A stretch of DNA of 64,000 bases from Octopus sinensis (taxonomy: Eukaryota): contig NC_043016.1 in assembly GCF_006345805.1 (NCBI RefSeq), forward strand, positions 12,462,001 to 12,526,000, given 5' to 3'. Each line of letters opens with the position of its first letter. Positions within the stretch are counted from its first letter, which is position 1. This document shows, piece after piece, positions 1 to 11,820 of the stretch. The notes beneath the pieces are model-generated. The model did not search any database. It saw only the letters and a program-made list of their open reading frames with translations, and was not told the origin of the DNA. The position numbers and the translations under genes were made by a program.

Positions 1-5
1 TCGTA

Positions 6-45
<40 letters not shown>

Positions 46-308
46 TGTGTGTGTCTGTGTTTGTCCCCCCAACATCGCTTGAAATATATGCTATAACTAT
101 TAATTAAATTTGTGTCTAAAAAAGATATTAATACTGTACTATTAATTAAAGATACATGTAATAATTCAGTTTTGGTTTTCAGTTTTAGTGACTCCATTTA
201 CATTGCATTGACAATGAAGGAAACATGAAGATAACACACTCTCATTTTGAACTACTTTATAAATCTTGGTAGTTGAAATGGGGGAAGGGAAACGGTCAAC
301 TGTATTAA

Positions 309-1264
309 CCCTTTGCCCAAACTGTGTCTCACATGTAACACACAGTGTATCCTTCTCTGGGTATTCATGCATCATATATGATACACATTCCCAAATTTTT
401 TTCAATTGTAACAAGTATATGTAGACTGTAGCAAGAAATGCAGATGGCAGTTTTATATAAAGGCAACGATAAATATCAGAAAGCAAATGAGTTGTGTTTG
501 TGTTCAAATGAAATACAATTTTTATTAGTTTCAAAATAATGCTCAACAAATGTAAATTACAAGAGAAATTAAGGTGTGTGTGAAGCATGGCAGGAATACC
601 ATTTGTAAGACATGAATAATTTCAGTTGCACTTACTACAATTTACAGGTTTTTCCAAATTGGAGCTGATATCAATTCCATGATACAATACAAAGACAAAT
701 GTCATTATGCAGATACAAATCTTGCTGGAGAAGCCAATTTCAATAAACCGAGTAAAAAGATATAATAAACCTCATAGGTAGTTAAAGGAAACGAATGTTA
801 AGTGAAGAACTGGGCACAAGAATTCAGAGTTGCTAAAGAGAACTTAGACCAGTAGACATAATGACTGGGAAAGCAAAACTGTAACTTCCCATGTTGTAGC
901 TGAGGCTGGCAGAATGAGTATCTGGAAAGTATGGTGTTAACAGTTCAACACCTTCACAGCAACTAACTCAACTTTTAGTTTTTACACATGCCTCAGACTT
1001 GGGTGGAAGTTGTTGTTTGGATTTTCACAACACTAACCTTAACTGTTCAGCATCTGTCTCAAAACTCAACTAACTTGTGCTTCGGTAAAAAAAAATAAAT
1101 TTATCATGTCTTACTACACAACTAGCAGAATAACTTGGGACTTATGAAAAGAAAGCTTTATATTACTCAGAATGTATGAAATAAGGGCTAACAAAAAAAA
1201 AAAACTGAAAACAACCATGGCTGTTTAGGACAAATTTACAAAAGTGTTTTGGACAGGCAAAGGG
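309..1264. mobile_element. piggyBac-like non-autonomous element (~956 bp)
   Basis: TTAA on both sides (305-308, 1265-1268); termini CCCTTTGCC...GGCAAAGGG; no transposase ORF. Confidence 0.6.
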
Positions 1265-1285
1265 TTAAATGTTTTACTCCATTAA

Positions 1286-1470
1286 CCCTTTCGTTACCAA
1301 CCTTGCTTTCATAAGTTTTGAATTAAAATCTTCCACCAAACCTTAGTCACAATTTATGTTCCTAACACTAGCTTAATGATAACAAAGTTATTTTACTAAA
1401 TTCTTTGTTATATTTAAAATTAATTGAGAGAAACACAGAGCAGCCCAAAATAAATACAGTAACGAAAGGG
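1286..1470. mobile_element. piggyBac-like MITE (TTAA-specific family)
   Basis: TTAA flanks; TIR CCCTTTCGTTAC/GTAACGAAAGGG; body shared with copies at 52562-52781 and 62238-62446. Confidence 0.8.
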
Positions 1471-2104
1471 TTAATGTTATCAATGTGAGGTAGTGAATAG
1501 CTGAAACATCAGGTTGTCAGAAATTAAGCAAGAGATCAGCAGTTCAAGTCTTGTCACTGTCACAACATTGTGCATCCAACCAAAACAAGTAAAAAAACAA
1601 GCAGCTCAGTCTGCTGTATCCTAAGTAGGTGGCACCAAACAGTCAATCACTTAAAACAATAATAATGACCAACCACAGAAAAAGGTTATTTCCAATCAAA
1701 AGACCACCTGCTTATCTCTCAGCCACAAATAGTTTTAGTATTAATCATCTGAAATCTTGTGATGGAAAAGATTAACAGAGCTTAATAGTTATTGTTAATC
1801 CAACCAACCTATGATCAAAGACATTCCAGACATTTTAAAAATATTAAGCAGTATGTATCTATAATTACATTATCCAGTGTGTCCTATTTTTAAGACAATA
1901 AGGGAAATTAATTGCCATTCTTAGCAGGTCAAGATTTCTCCTTGGCTCAAGAGGTTTCCTTTTTGGTTCAAGAAGCTCCTTCCTTGGCTTGAGTGCCCTC
2001 ATTTAAGGCTTTCAAGAGACTCCTTCTGTGGCCTGAGTGCCCTCATTTCTTTGCTCAATAGGTTTCCTATCACTACTGTAACATATTATAACTTCCTCAC
2101 AAGT

Positions 2105-2395
2105 GGCTTGGAGAAGGACATTTGTGTAACAAGCTAACCTGCTCCAACCAGGTCACACGAAGACAAAGTCATGATTCTACAATACAGCTCCCATGACTTT
2201 CGGAAACATTTTTTCACGCTCAGAGTTGCTGAAGCATGGAACAAACTGCCTGCGTCAGTTGTTGACTGCCATGACACTGCATCCTTTAAGGCCTTCATGC
2301 TTTCCGAAATCTGCCGAAACTACACCTGATTATACATACACTTTAGATGAGTTGTAGTGCACCTGAGCACTGTACACAATGTTTTATTATATTAT
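2105..2395 (+). mobile_element. CR1-group LINE 3' end
   Basis: Encodes SSHDFRKHFFTLRVAEAWNKLPASVV, a CR1-type ORF2 C-terminus, followed by an (AAT/TTA)n tail; near-identical copies at 24105-24480 (-) and 57890-58250 (+). Confidence 0.8.
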
Positions 2396-2809
2396 TATAA
2401 TACAAAACATTATGAAAGGATTAAGAAACAAACAAATAGAATTAGGACAGAAAACTTCTTCTTTTAATAAATCAGCTAAAGGAGGAAGGACAGAACTGAG
2501 AACATTTGCAGAGATTTTCAGAGCTGATGCATCCAGTGCTCAGTTTGAACATCAACAGGGGGTCAATGTATATAGGTTGCAGTTGGGGAACTCCACGGGG
2601 TTGCAGTTTTGGGAGGGAAATGTTGGACAAAAACATTTAATGTGGGATCTTGCAGGAGATGAAAAGAGTAGGGGAAAATATGTCAGCTGGACAGGGGTTG
2701 GAGGGTGAGTGCAGGTGGCTAGGTCAGTGGTATGTTGCATTAGAATGCAAAATAGGCAGAAAGAAAAAAACAGTACGTCGGTGGGTGAAGACTGTTAGTG
2801 AACAGATAC

Positions 2810-2883
2810 CTTTAATCTGAGCCTCTCTAGAATCCATATTTTGAGACCTCTCCAAGAATTTGTTTTGTAAGTCAATCTTCATT
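2810..2883 (-). CDS. OFD1: OFD1 coding exon 11 (74 nt; MKIDLQNKFLERSQNMDSREAQIK)
   Basis: Acceptor gtcttgcag|A, donor AAG|GTATCT; phase 2 to 1. Confidence 0.88.
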
Positions 2884-3249
2884 CTGCAAGACAACATGGA
2901 AATGAATAAATGAATGAATAAATAAACTGAAGTAAATAGAAATAAACTGGAATAAAATAAATAGAAATAAACGGAACAAAGAAAATGTAGACAGCAGATT
3001 GGGGAGGAGAGAAAGTTGAGGGTGGGTAATTTCATGAGGGTGTCAGAAGAGGGGAACAGATGGCTGACCCTTTAGCATTCACAGTATTCTACCACAATTA
3101 AATCTTATTTATTCACGTTGTTTTGAATTAATCATACTTTGTCTCATAGCTATGAGATTTTGATGATGTAACTTAATACACCAGCTTGTTGTTTATACAC
3201 CTGTCTTTGTCTTTTGCTTTTCTGTAAATTTCAACTATATATATATATG

Positions 3250-3523
3250 ATCACGTGACCGACCAGACCATCAGATGTTGCTACACATCGCTGGTCACAA
3301 TGCGTTCGCATCGTTTTAGCCTTCGAATGACACCACCCCGCCGGCTAAGTGAGCAGGCCAACAGAAGAAAGAGTGAGAGAAAGTTGTGGCGAAAGAGTAC
3401 AGCAGGGATCACCACCCCCTGCCGGAGCCTAGTGGAGCTTTTAAGTGTTTTCGCTCAATAAACACACACAACGCCCGGTCTGGGAATCGAAACCGTGATC
3501 CTACGACTGGGCCATTGCGCCTC
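3250..3523 (-). mobile_element. tRNA(Arg)-headed SINE (OR-like), internally deleted head
   Basis: Head shared with 49117-49424 and 50165-50560; different 3' body. Confidence 0.7.
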
Positions 3524-3524
3524 C

Positions 3525-3556
<32 letters not shown>

Positions 3557-3946
3557 GGAAGTTTGATGATCAGGAAAAATGGAAGAGTCTTTGACATTTC
3601 GAGCCTACACTCTTTTATAGAAATGAATGAGGAGAGAAAACAGATGGAGAGATAGGGAAAAAAAGGATGGAAAGAGAAAAAAAATTGTGAGAGGATATAT
3701 ATATATATACACACACACAGACACACAAACACACATGCACATATATTTATATGTATGTATGTGCATGTGTGTGGGGTGGCTTGTTTCACAAACACACACA
3801 TATGCACATTGGGCGAATACAATTTCCATCTAAGAAATTTCCTTTACTCTGGATACATTTTTATTTTATTCCATGTGAATGCACATTTATTTAACATTTC
3901 ACAATTATTATCAAATAATATATAACTAAAAGTTAAGTTGTCTTAC

Positions 3947-4066
3947 TTGAAAACTTCATTCTCAATTCTTTGTTGGTAATCAGCTTCGATGCGATTAGCT
4001 TCATTCAGTTTTTGCTTCAATATTTCTTCTTGACACTTCAGTCTTTCCTGATCCAAGGTTTTTTCC
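3947..4066 (-). CDS. OFD1: OFD1 coding exon 10 (120 nt; EKTLDQERLKCQEEILKQKLNEANRIEADYQQRIENEVF-K)
   Basis: Acceptor attaaaatag|G, donor CAA|GTAAGA; phase 2/2; coiled coil. Confidence 0.9.
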
Positions 4067-4119
4067 CTATTTTAATGATAAAAACAAAAACATATATATA
4101 TATATAAAAATATAAATTA

Positions 4120-4730
4120 TATTAGAGATAAAACCACTATTAGGCAAATCAAACAGTGAAAAACATAAACCAAAACATAAAAATATATATAATTAATATA
4201 ATATACAAAATATATAAAATATAAAATTTAAATTTTTAAACTTTTTATTTTTTAATATTAATATTTATTTATTTATTATTATTATTTTTTTTTATAACTA
4301 TCAAAAAGGTATTAAAAAGTTCAATATAATATAATAAGTATATATATATATACATATATAAAGTAAATATATGAAGTATCATTACTGTTAAAAACAGTAA
4401 TAATGCTTCATATATTTACTTTTTTATTGTTTATGATAGTTTTCTCTTTAAACGGAGTGGGACGTTTAAAGTTAAAAACGCATACAAGTTGACAAAATAA
4501 ATATTTTAGAAATAGATGTTAAATACTGTCTCCAACTAAGGATTGCAAAGCATGTTTTCTCATGCACAGCATGAAATCAATTGACATAGGGGTATGTAAA
4601 CTACCTTCAAATACTTTTTAAACTAGTCATTGCATTGTTCGTATGTGTATTTATCATAGTATTGGTGGCTTTTTGAAGCTTTCGCTTTCATCTTTGGCAA
4701 ACAGTATGCTTACCCTTCTTTTATTCATAT
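4120..4730 (-). mobile_element. Decayed Penelope-like 3' end / pseudo-LTR
   Basis: Weak LISxCxHENKHALQS-like remnant plus AT-rich segment ttagagataaaaccactattaggcaaatcaaacagtgaaaaac, which recurs inverted at ~13120-13165. Confidence 0.35.
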
Positions 4731-5444
4731 ATATATATATATATACATCATCATCATTTAATATCCATTTTCCATGCTGGCATAGGCTGGATGGTTGACA
4801 GGAGCTGGCAAGGCTGAAAGTAACAACAAGCTGCACTGTCTGTTTTGGATTGGTTCCTATGGCTGGATGCCCTTCCTAACGCCAACCACTCCACTGAGTG
4901 TACTTGGTACTTTTTATGTGACACCAGCACTGACAGGGTCACCAAGTATCTTGCAAGACAAAAGCCACTCAACTGGGAGTGGGGAGTAGTACTGGGTGTG
5001 TGTATATGTGTGTGTGTGTGGGGGGGGGTTGTGTCAGTTGAGAGATTAAAGGTATAGATGAGACATATATAAGCATCTTGTTGTAGAGTAGATAGATAAA
5101 TACCCCAGTTGGAAGTGAGTTAGAGAGTAAGACTATATATATATATATATATATATATAATTATGTGAAATAGAAAGATGGATATATATATATATATATA
5201 TATTTATATATGCATGCACATTATGACAATTTTATAAACTTTCAAGAGAATGTGAAATAATTCTTGTTTGAAATAGATCTTAAAGAACACACATAATGCT
5301 ATGAACAATAGTTGAATAACCATTTTGAATAAAAAAAAAAATAAAAAAGGTCTTCAACTTTTTCTATCCAAAATGATTTTCAAACCATGCTATTATTTGC
5401 AGATTTATGTGTTTGCTTTGAGATCCACTATTCCCAAAAAGAAT

Positions 5445-5491
<47 letters not shown>

Positions 5492-6226
5492 TGTACAACA
5501 TATACAGGTGCAGTCAAGGCTCTGTGTGTAAGAAGCTTGCTTTCCAACCACATGGTTCTAGGTTCAGTCCCACTGCATGGTACCTTGGACAGTCTTCGGA
5601 TATAGCCTTGGGCCAACTGAAGCCTTGTGAATAGATCTGAAACTGAAAGAAGCCTATTGTATTATATGTGTGTGTTTGTGCCTGTGTTTGTTCCCCACCA
5701 CTGCTTGACAACAGGTGTTGGTATGTTTGTGTCCCCATAACTTAACAGTTGGACAAAAGAGACTGATAGAATAAGAACTAGGCTTAAAAGAAAAGTACTG
5801 GGGTTGACTTATTTGACTGTGAAGGCTCAGTGGTTAGAGCGCCGAGCTTACGATCAGTTTCTACAGCTGGAATCCTTTCCTAATGCTTATCACTTTACAG
5901 ACCGTAGTGGGTGCTTTATATTTATATATGATGGATTTCTTTTATTTTCTGTTTAGAAAATCCACTCACAAAGGCTTTGGTTGGCCCGGGGCTATAGTAG
6001 AAGATACTTGCACAAGGTGCCATGAAGTGGGACTGAACCTAGAACCATGTGGTTGGGAAGCTAACTTCTTACTACGTAAACACATCTGTGACTGTTGTTA
6101 AAAATACATTGTTTGAAATCTGTCTTTCATGCAAATCAAAGGCAGGACACATTCATGAAACCCAAGATATAAAGTGTCAATCACCCATTCGACTTTATTC
6201 CATATAAATGATTCTGATTTGTTTAC

Positions 6227-6333
6227 CTCTTTACCATTTCCATCATCTTCGTAAGTTCAGATTCCTTCTGGCGTAATTTATTGACTTCTTCCAGTAAAGC
6301 CTGCCTTTGCTGATAAGTGTCTTTCTGGTGTAC
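6227..6333 (-). CDS. OFD1: OFD1 coding exon 9 (107 nt; VHQKDTYQQRQALLEEVNKLRQKESELTKMMEMVK-R)
   Basis: Acceptor aattccag|GTA, donor GAG|GTAAAC; similar to [27 protein letters not shown]. Confidence 0.93.
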
Positions 6334-6574
6334 CTGGAATTGATTTTAAAAACTTTATTGGTATTGATATGTATGTGTGGATTCAGACACACACACATGT
6401 AAAAAGTACTGAGTCCACTCTGCTGGGTGGTTGGTGTTAAGAAGAGCATCCAACCATAAAATCCCTGCCAAAACAGACACAGTAGCCTTGGGTAGATTTT
6501 CTACATTGCTGGCTCCTGTCAACCATTCTACCCATGAATGCTTGGAAGATGGATCTTAAACTACGATGATGATA

Positions 6575-6613
<39 letters not shown>

Positions 6614-7090
6614 CCTCATTATTATCATTTGACATCCGCTTTCCATGCTGGCATGGGTTGGACGATTTGATTGAGGACTGGTGAACCACATGGCTGCACC
6701 AGGCTCCAATCTTGATCTGGCAGAGTTTCTACAGCTGGATGCCCTTCCTAATGCCAACCACTTTACAGAGTGTAGTGGGTGCTTTTACGTGTCACTGGCA
6801 CGAGGGCCAATCAGGTGGTACTGGCAACGGCCACGCTCAAATGGTGCTTTTTATGTGCCATCTGCACAGGAGCCAGTCCAGTGGCACTGGCAACGACATC
6901 GCTCAAATGTTTTTTCACATGCCACCAGCACAAGTGCCAGTAAGGTGATGCAGGTAACAATCAAACTCGAATGGTGCATTTTATGTATCATCGGCATGGA
7001 GGCCAGTTAGCTGCTTTGGCAACGATCACACTCGGATGGTACTCTTAGCGCTCCACTAGCATGGATGCCAGTCATCGAATTTGATTTTGT
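6614..7090 (-). mobile_element. RTE-tailed SINE with 5' array of ~65-bp monomers
   Basis: (ATG)n tail, conserved body ggttggcattaggaagggcatccagctgtagaaac, five monomers. About 18 full or partial copies in the window, e.g. 4745-4960, 7865-8135, 19635-19920, 23310-23495, 29165-29500, 42265-42565, 45335-45790. Confidence 0.8.
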
Positions 7091-8636
7091 TTTAGAGCTA
7101 GCTTGCCCCGTGCCATCAAAAATAACAATTGATTGTTGTATTTTATAAATATCTTTGGTAAATCAAATTAATACACTTGTCAATGTTATCTCGTGGTTGT
7201 CTTTCATCGATCATCATTTGTTACTAGTTCACACATACAAACATTCGCATACATTCCCTTGTACACGTGCACACGCACACACACCTCACTTTTACATACA
7301 CACACATATACTCATACAGAGTTGAAAAGCTGTTTGATTTTTTCTTTTTTCACCCCTTCTTTTCTTATTCATTTCATTCATATGTTGTGACGGAGGAAAA
7401 CACAAGAGTATTATTATAGTAGATGATATTGTAAGCTAAGTGTGAGAGGCTATATCTGGTCAGTTTGAAGATAAAATAGATTATTTTGGCCAGATACGGC
7501 TAGTTTAAATGCTAAATGGCTAACATTAGGTATTTTACTCTTTAAACACACTCCTTTTTAGGGGTCTATTATAAAACGATGCAGTTTGATCAAATATTGT
7601 TCTATGAAAGGTTCTTAATAATTGATATCATTAGTATCAATTATGTTTTCAAGAGTGCTAGAGATTTTTTTAATGATGAAAATAATTTAACATTCCTGTT
7701 TATATACAGGCATGACTGTAAGGAGTTTGTTTCCCAACCATAAGGCTTTCGGTTCAATCCGACTTGGGGGACACTTTGGGCAAGTGTCTTTTACTATAGC
7801 ATTGAGTTGACCAAAGCCATGAGTGGATTTGATAGATGGAAACTAAAAACCACTTGTCACCAACACGGATGCTGCCTGACTGGCTTCCATGCCGGTGGCA
7901 CGTAAAAAGCACCAACCAATCATGGCCGTTTGCCAGCCTCCTCTGGCCTCTGTGGCGGTGGCACATAAAAAGCACCCACTACACTCACGGAGTTGTTGGC
8001 ATTAGGAAGGGCATCCAGCTGTAGAAACACTGCCTGATCAGACTGGAGCATGGTGCAGCCTCCTGGCTTCCCAGACCCTGGTTGAACCGTCCAACCCATG
8101 CTAGCATGGAAAACGGACGTTAAATGATGATGAAGTATATACATATAAATGCATGTGTGTGTGTGTGTTACTGTCTCCATGGCTCAACATCACACAATTG
8201 TACATAAGTGCTACCATTGTGCAAGTGTGTTCTGCATTTCCAATCTATGAAGGAAATATCTGCTCATGAGGAAATACTACCTTGCTTAGAAACAGGTGAG
8301 GTTGGCAGCTAGAGGGGCATCCAACCATGGAAAATTCATCTCAACAAAATTCTTTCCAACACATGTAAGCATGGAAAAATAGATGTTAAAACGATGATGA
8401 TGATGATGATGATAGGAATAATATTTTACTGTTCTTTTGCATGTTTCAGTCATTTGACGGCGGCCATGCTGGAGCACTGCCTTAAAACTGTTTGACTCAT
8501 AGAAATCGATCCCAAGACTTATTCTTTGTAAACCTAGTACTTATTCTATCAGTTCCTTTTTCTGAACTGCTATGTCACGGAGACATAAACACACCAACAT
8601 TGGTTGTCAAGCGATGGCAGGGAAACAAACACAAAG

Positions 8637-8668
<32 letters not shown>

Positions 8669-8810
8669 CATCATCATCATCATCATCATTTAACGTCCGC
8701 TTTCCATGCTAGCATGGGTTGGACGGTTCAACTGGGGTCTGGGGAGCCCGAAAGCTGCACCAGTCCAGTCAGATCTGGCAGTGTTTCTACAGCTGGATGC
8801 CCTTCCTAAC

Positions 8811-8836
<26 letters not shown>

Positions 8837-8848
<12 letters not shown>

Positions 8849-9127
8849 GAAATGAGGTAATCAGAAGATCGGATGGTTTATATTTACAGATATTTATTTA
8901 TATATTACATTTTTTACATATATATATCATATCATTCAGATCATTAGCGCTTTCTCCATTCTAGTGGGGTTTTCAATCAAAATGATTTGAAAACCCCACT
9001 AGAGTGGGAGAAAGCGCTAATGATCTGAATGATATGATATATATATGTAAAAAATGTAATATATAAATAAATATCTGTAAATATAAACCATCCGATCTTC
9101 TGATTACCTCATTTCTTCTAATATATA
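8837..9127. repeat. Near-perfect palindrome (~140-bp arms, 3-nt loop)
   Basis: Arms 8843-8979 and 8983-9121 differ by two 1-nt indels and one substitution. Confidence 0.95.
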
Positions 9128-9692
9128 ATACCTGTACATCATCTCCAAACCTTCCAGTATATATATATATATATATATATACATACATATTCAACTATGT
9201 TTAAGTTTATATTACAACAAGGACTATGGGATCCAACCCTCCCCTCTATCCCCAGAAAAAAACTTCCCTGGACAAAACCTCTATGACTATTTTCTGTAAC
9301 TTTATTGCCATTACTTTTTTCCCTGTGACTTTTTTACCTGGATTCTATTATTTAAGCTTATGTCGATTCCTCTGTGGTGTTATTTTGCATTTAAAATAAA
9401 ATAAACATATATACAAATTATAAAAATAAAAAATAAATATATACAGTGCAGTACTGTTTCTACTTTGCAGTGGTGGGGGGACATAACAACTGCAATAGTC
9501 GAGGGATTACTGTACATACATTTTAATGTATCTTGCTTCAGTTATATGCCTCTGTCGCAATGTTAATAAGAGTTTAAGATAGGAAGGACAGTTAAGTACT
9601 TTGATGAAGGGTTCTGTCGAAATTTTTAGACTTCCCCTCTTTCTCAAAGCAAATAATTATTTCTTCCTTGGGAAAATTTTATACGTACTATA

Positions 9693-9857
9693 CAGGGCTG
9701 GCCCTAGGGTTGCTGGTGCTAGGGCAGGCTGAAATTCAGCATGTACAAGCTGACGGTCATGGAAATTTCCCTGACTCTGCCACATGCATCTTGGTGCCCC
9801 ATAGCACACGGCACCCTGGGCGACTACCGAAGTTGGCAGTACCTTGAGCCAGCCCTG
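9693..9857. mobile_element. hAT-like MITE
   Basis: TIR CAGGGCTGGCCCTAGG vs CAGGGCTGGCTCAAGG (reverse complement of right end); no clear 8-bp TSD. Confidence 0.55.
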
Positions 9858-10479
9858 ATATTGTGTTCAAAAGCAGACTATAACTGGTTATTTTGTATTC
9901 TACAACTTCACAAAAGATATTGGTTTCAAATTTTGGCACAAGTGGGGTAAGTTGATTGTAGTGATCCCAGTGCTTAACTGGGGTCACTATAATGGATGAA
10001 TGGCTAGGTCAACCTTGGTAGAATTAGAACTGAGAACATCAAGACAACTTCACAAAAAATATTAGTTAATTTATCATTTACAAAGAAAATAAGTCACCGT
10101 GACCTATTAAATTTCTGACAGAAAATAAGTAAACAAGAATATTTTTTGTGGATAAAATTTAAAATTTTTTAAGACATATATTAAAAAAAAATAGAAAAAC
10201 CCCAAAAAGAAATAGAATTTTTTTTCAGGTTCATGTTTTCTATCAAGACACTATTTATTCAAGTAAAGAGAATGGCTTTCTAGAAATGGCTTGTATGTTT
10301 GGTTTGTTTGTAACATATTTCTACTTTTTGTCCTTTATCTAATGGAAATATCTTAAATTTACTATTTCTTTGCAAATGTTAAATTTGATTAGAATTTTAT
10401 AATGTAAATGTTTTAATACTGGCATAGAATCAACTGCTACTAAAGACCTTCAACATTTTCTTGAAGAGGAATCGGCCAA

Positions 10480-11820
10480 CATGGTTACAGCCAGTCACAT
10501 GATAACTTATAAATCAAGTGACCATGTTATTCAGATTGACTACATTCTCAACAGAAAGTGAGATACATGTTGCTCATAAATGCAACGACCTTCCTTGGTG
10601 AAGAATGTACCTCTCAGCATAGGTTAGTCATTATCGACTTCTGACTTCAAGCTAGGAGGATTCCAAGAAGCAGGCCAGTTTGGAAAAGAAGGATCTGAAT
10701 GCTTATGGATCCTTTGAATAGTTAATGACTTAGAGATGCCTTAACTGAGGCATTTAATAAGGAGGAAGGGCTATAGACTTGTGACATAGAGGGTAACTAA
10801 GAGTTCCTATGGGACAACTTCCTGAGTACCACAGACCAAATCTGTGGCTGATGAAAAATCCCAATCAGACCTAGGGTGATGTGGTGGTCGAACAGTGTAG
10901 TAGACAGGGCCATTAGAGTAAAGAAACAGGCCTGGGAGGATTGGAAGAATGGTGGTAGCAGAGAACTATGTCGGGTAGCTAAGGGAGAAGCAGAAAGGAG
11001 AAAGTTTGCCAATATCCTGCAGCACGAAGGCCAGAGACTTGAGGTGTTTTGGATGATAAGACAGTGTGTCAGAGAGAATCGTGGTGCTGTAGGAGAGAAG
11101 TGTGTTCACATGGATGATTGTTCATATGCAGTTAGAAATTCTGCAAAGGAGAGAGCCTGCCTAATGTGGACCCACTGTCAATTCACATAGGCAGTCTATG
11201 TGAATTGTCAATTCACATAGGCAGTCTATGTGAATTGACAGTGGCTTAGTAGATAAAGCAATTCAGGATAAGACAGGGAAAGCCTCTGGCCCATCAGGTA
11301 CCACTGCTGAGATGCTTAAAATATCTGGTGGAGTAGGATATAGTCTAGTCACTCATATAGTTAATCAAGTTGTCTATGAGGGAATCACCCAGCAACTGGT
11401 GTAGCAGCAAGCAGCATTATAGTTAACTGTTATAAAGGTAAAGGTGATGCCTTAGACAGAAATTACAGAGGCATCAAATTGCTGGACCAGGTCATGAAAG
11501 TTACGGAGAGTGTTATAACTCAATTAATTAGAAAGTTAACCTGGATGAGATGCAACTTGCTTTTGAGCCAGGAAGAAGCATGACTGATGCTATCTTCCTG
11601 GTGAGGTAACTGCAGGAAAAGTATTTAAACAAAATAATTTTCCTCTGTATTTAGCTTTTGTTGACATGGAGAAAGCCTTTGACAGGTCCCTTGCTCCCTT
11701 ATCTGGTGCTCAATGCAGAAGCTAGGGATAGATAAATAGTGAGTGAGAGCTGTACAAGCCAAGGAGTTCACCAGGGATCCGTTCTCATAGTTCTTCAGGT
11801 CATAACAGAGGAATTTAAGA
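10480..11820 (+). mobile_element. Decayed RTE-clade LINE (endonuclease end to RT)
   Basis: QIDYIL; WWSNSVVDRAIRVKKQAW; GKASGPSG; YKGKGDALDRNYRGIKLLDQVMKV; GRSMTDAIFLVR; AFVDMEKAFDR; with stops and deletions. Confidence 0.92.

Noticed and set aside
166-588. 140-aa minus-strand ORF as the next OFD1 exon
   Set aside because: No coiled-coil or OFD1 similarity and no phase-1 acceptor/donor pair. It straddles the end of a piggyBac-like element. OFD1 exon 12 probably lies left of the window.
1925-2085. ~21-bp imperfect minisatellite after a phase-compatible acceptor, as a heptad-encoding OFD1 exon
   Set aside because: In-frame TGA after ~25 codons, no donor, and no similarity to OFD1.
6779-7090. 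CRISPR-like repeat-spacer array
   Set aside because: Eukaryotic context, no cas genes, and the variable parts are homologous to each other and fixed between dispersed SINE copies.
8960-9020. Hammerhead ribozyme in the palindrome centre (hairpin cccac-taga-gtggg followed by GAAA)
   Set aside because: The CUGANGA core is missing (TTGAAAA), and no valid stem I/III arrangement exists beyond the trivial palindrome.
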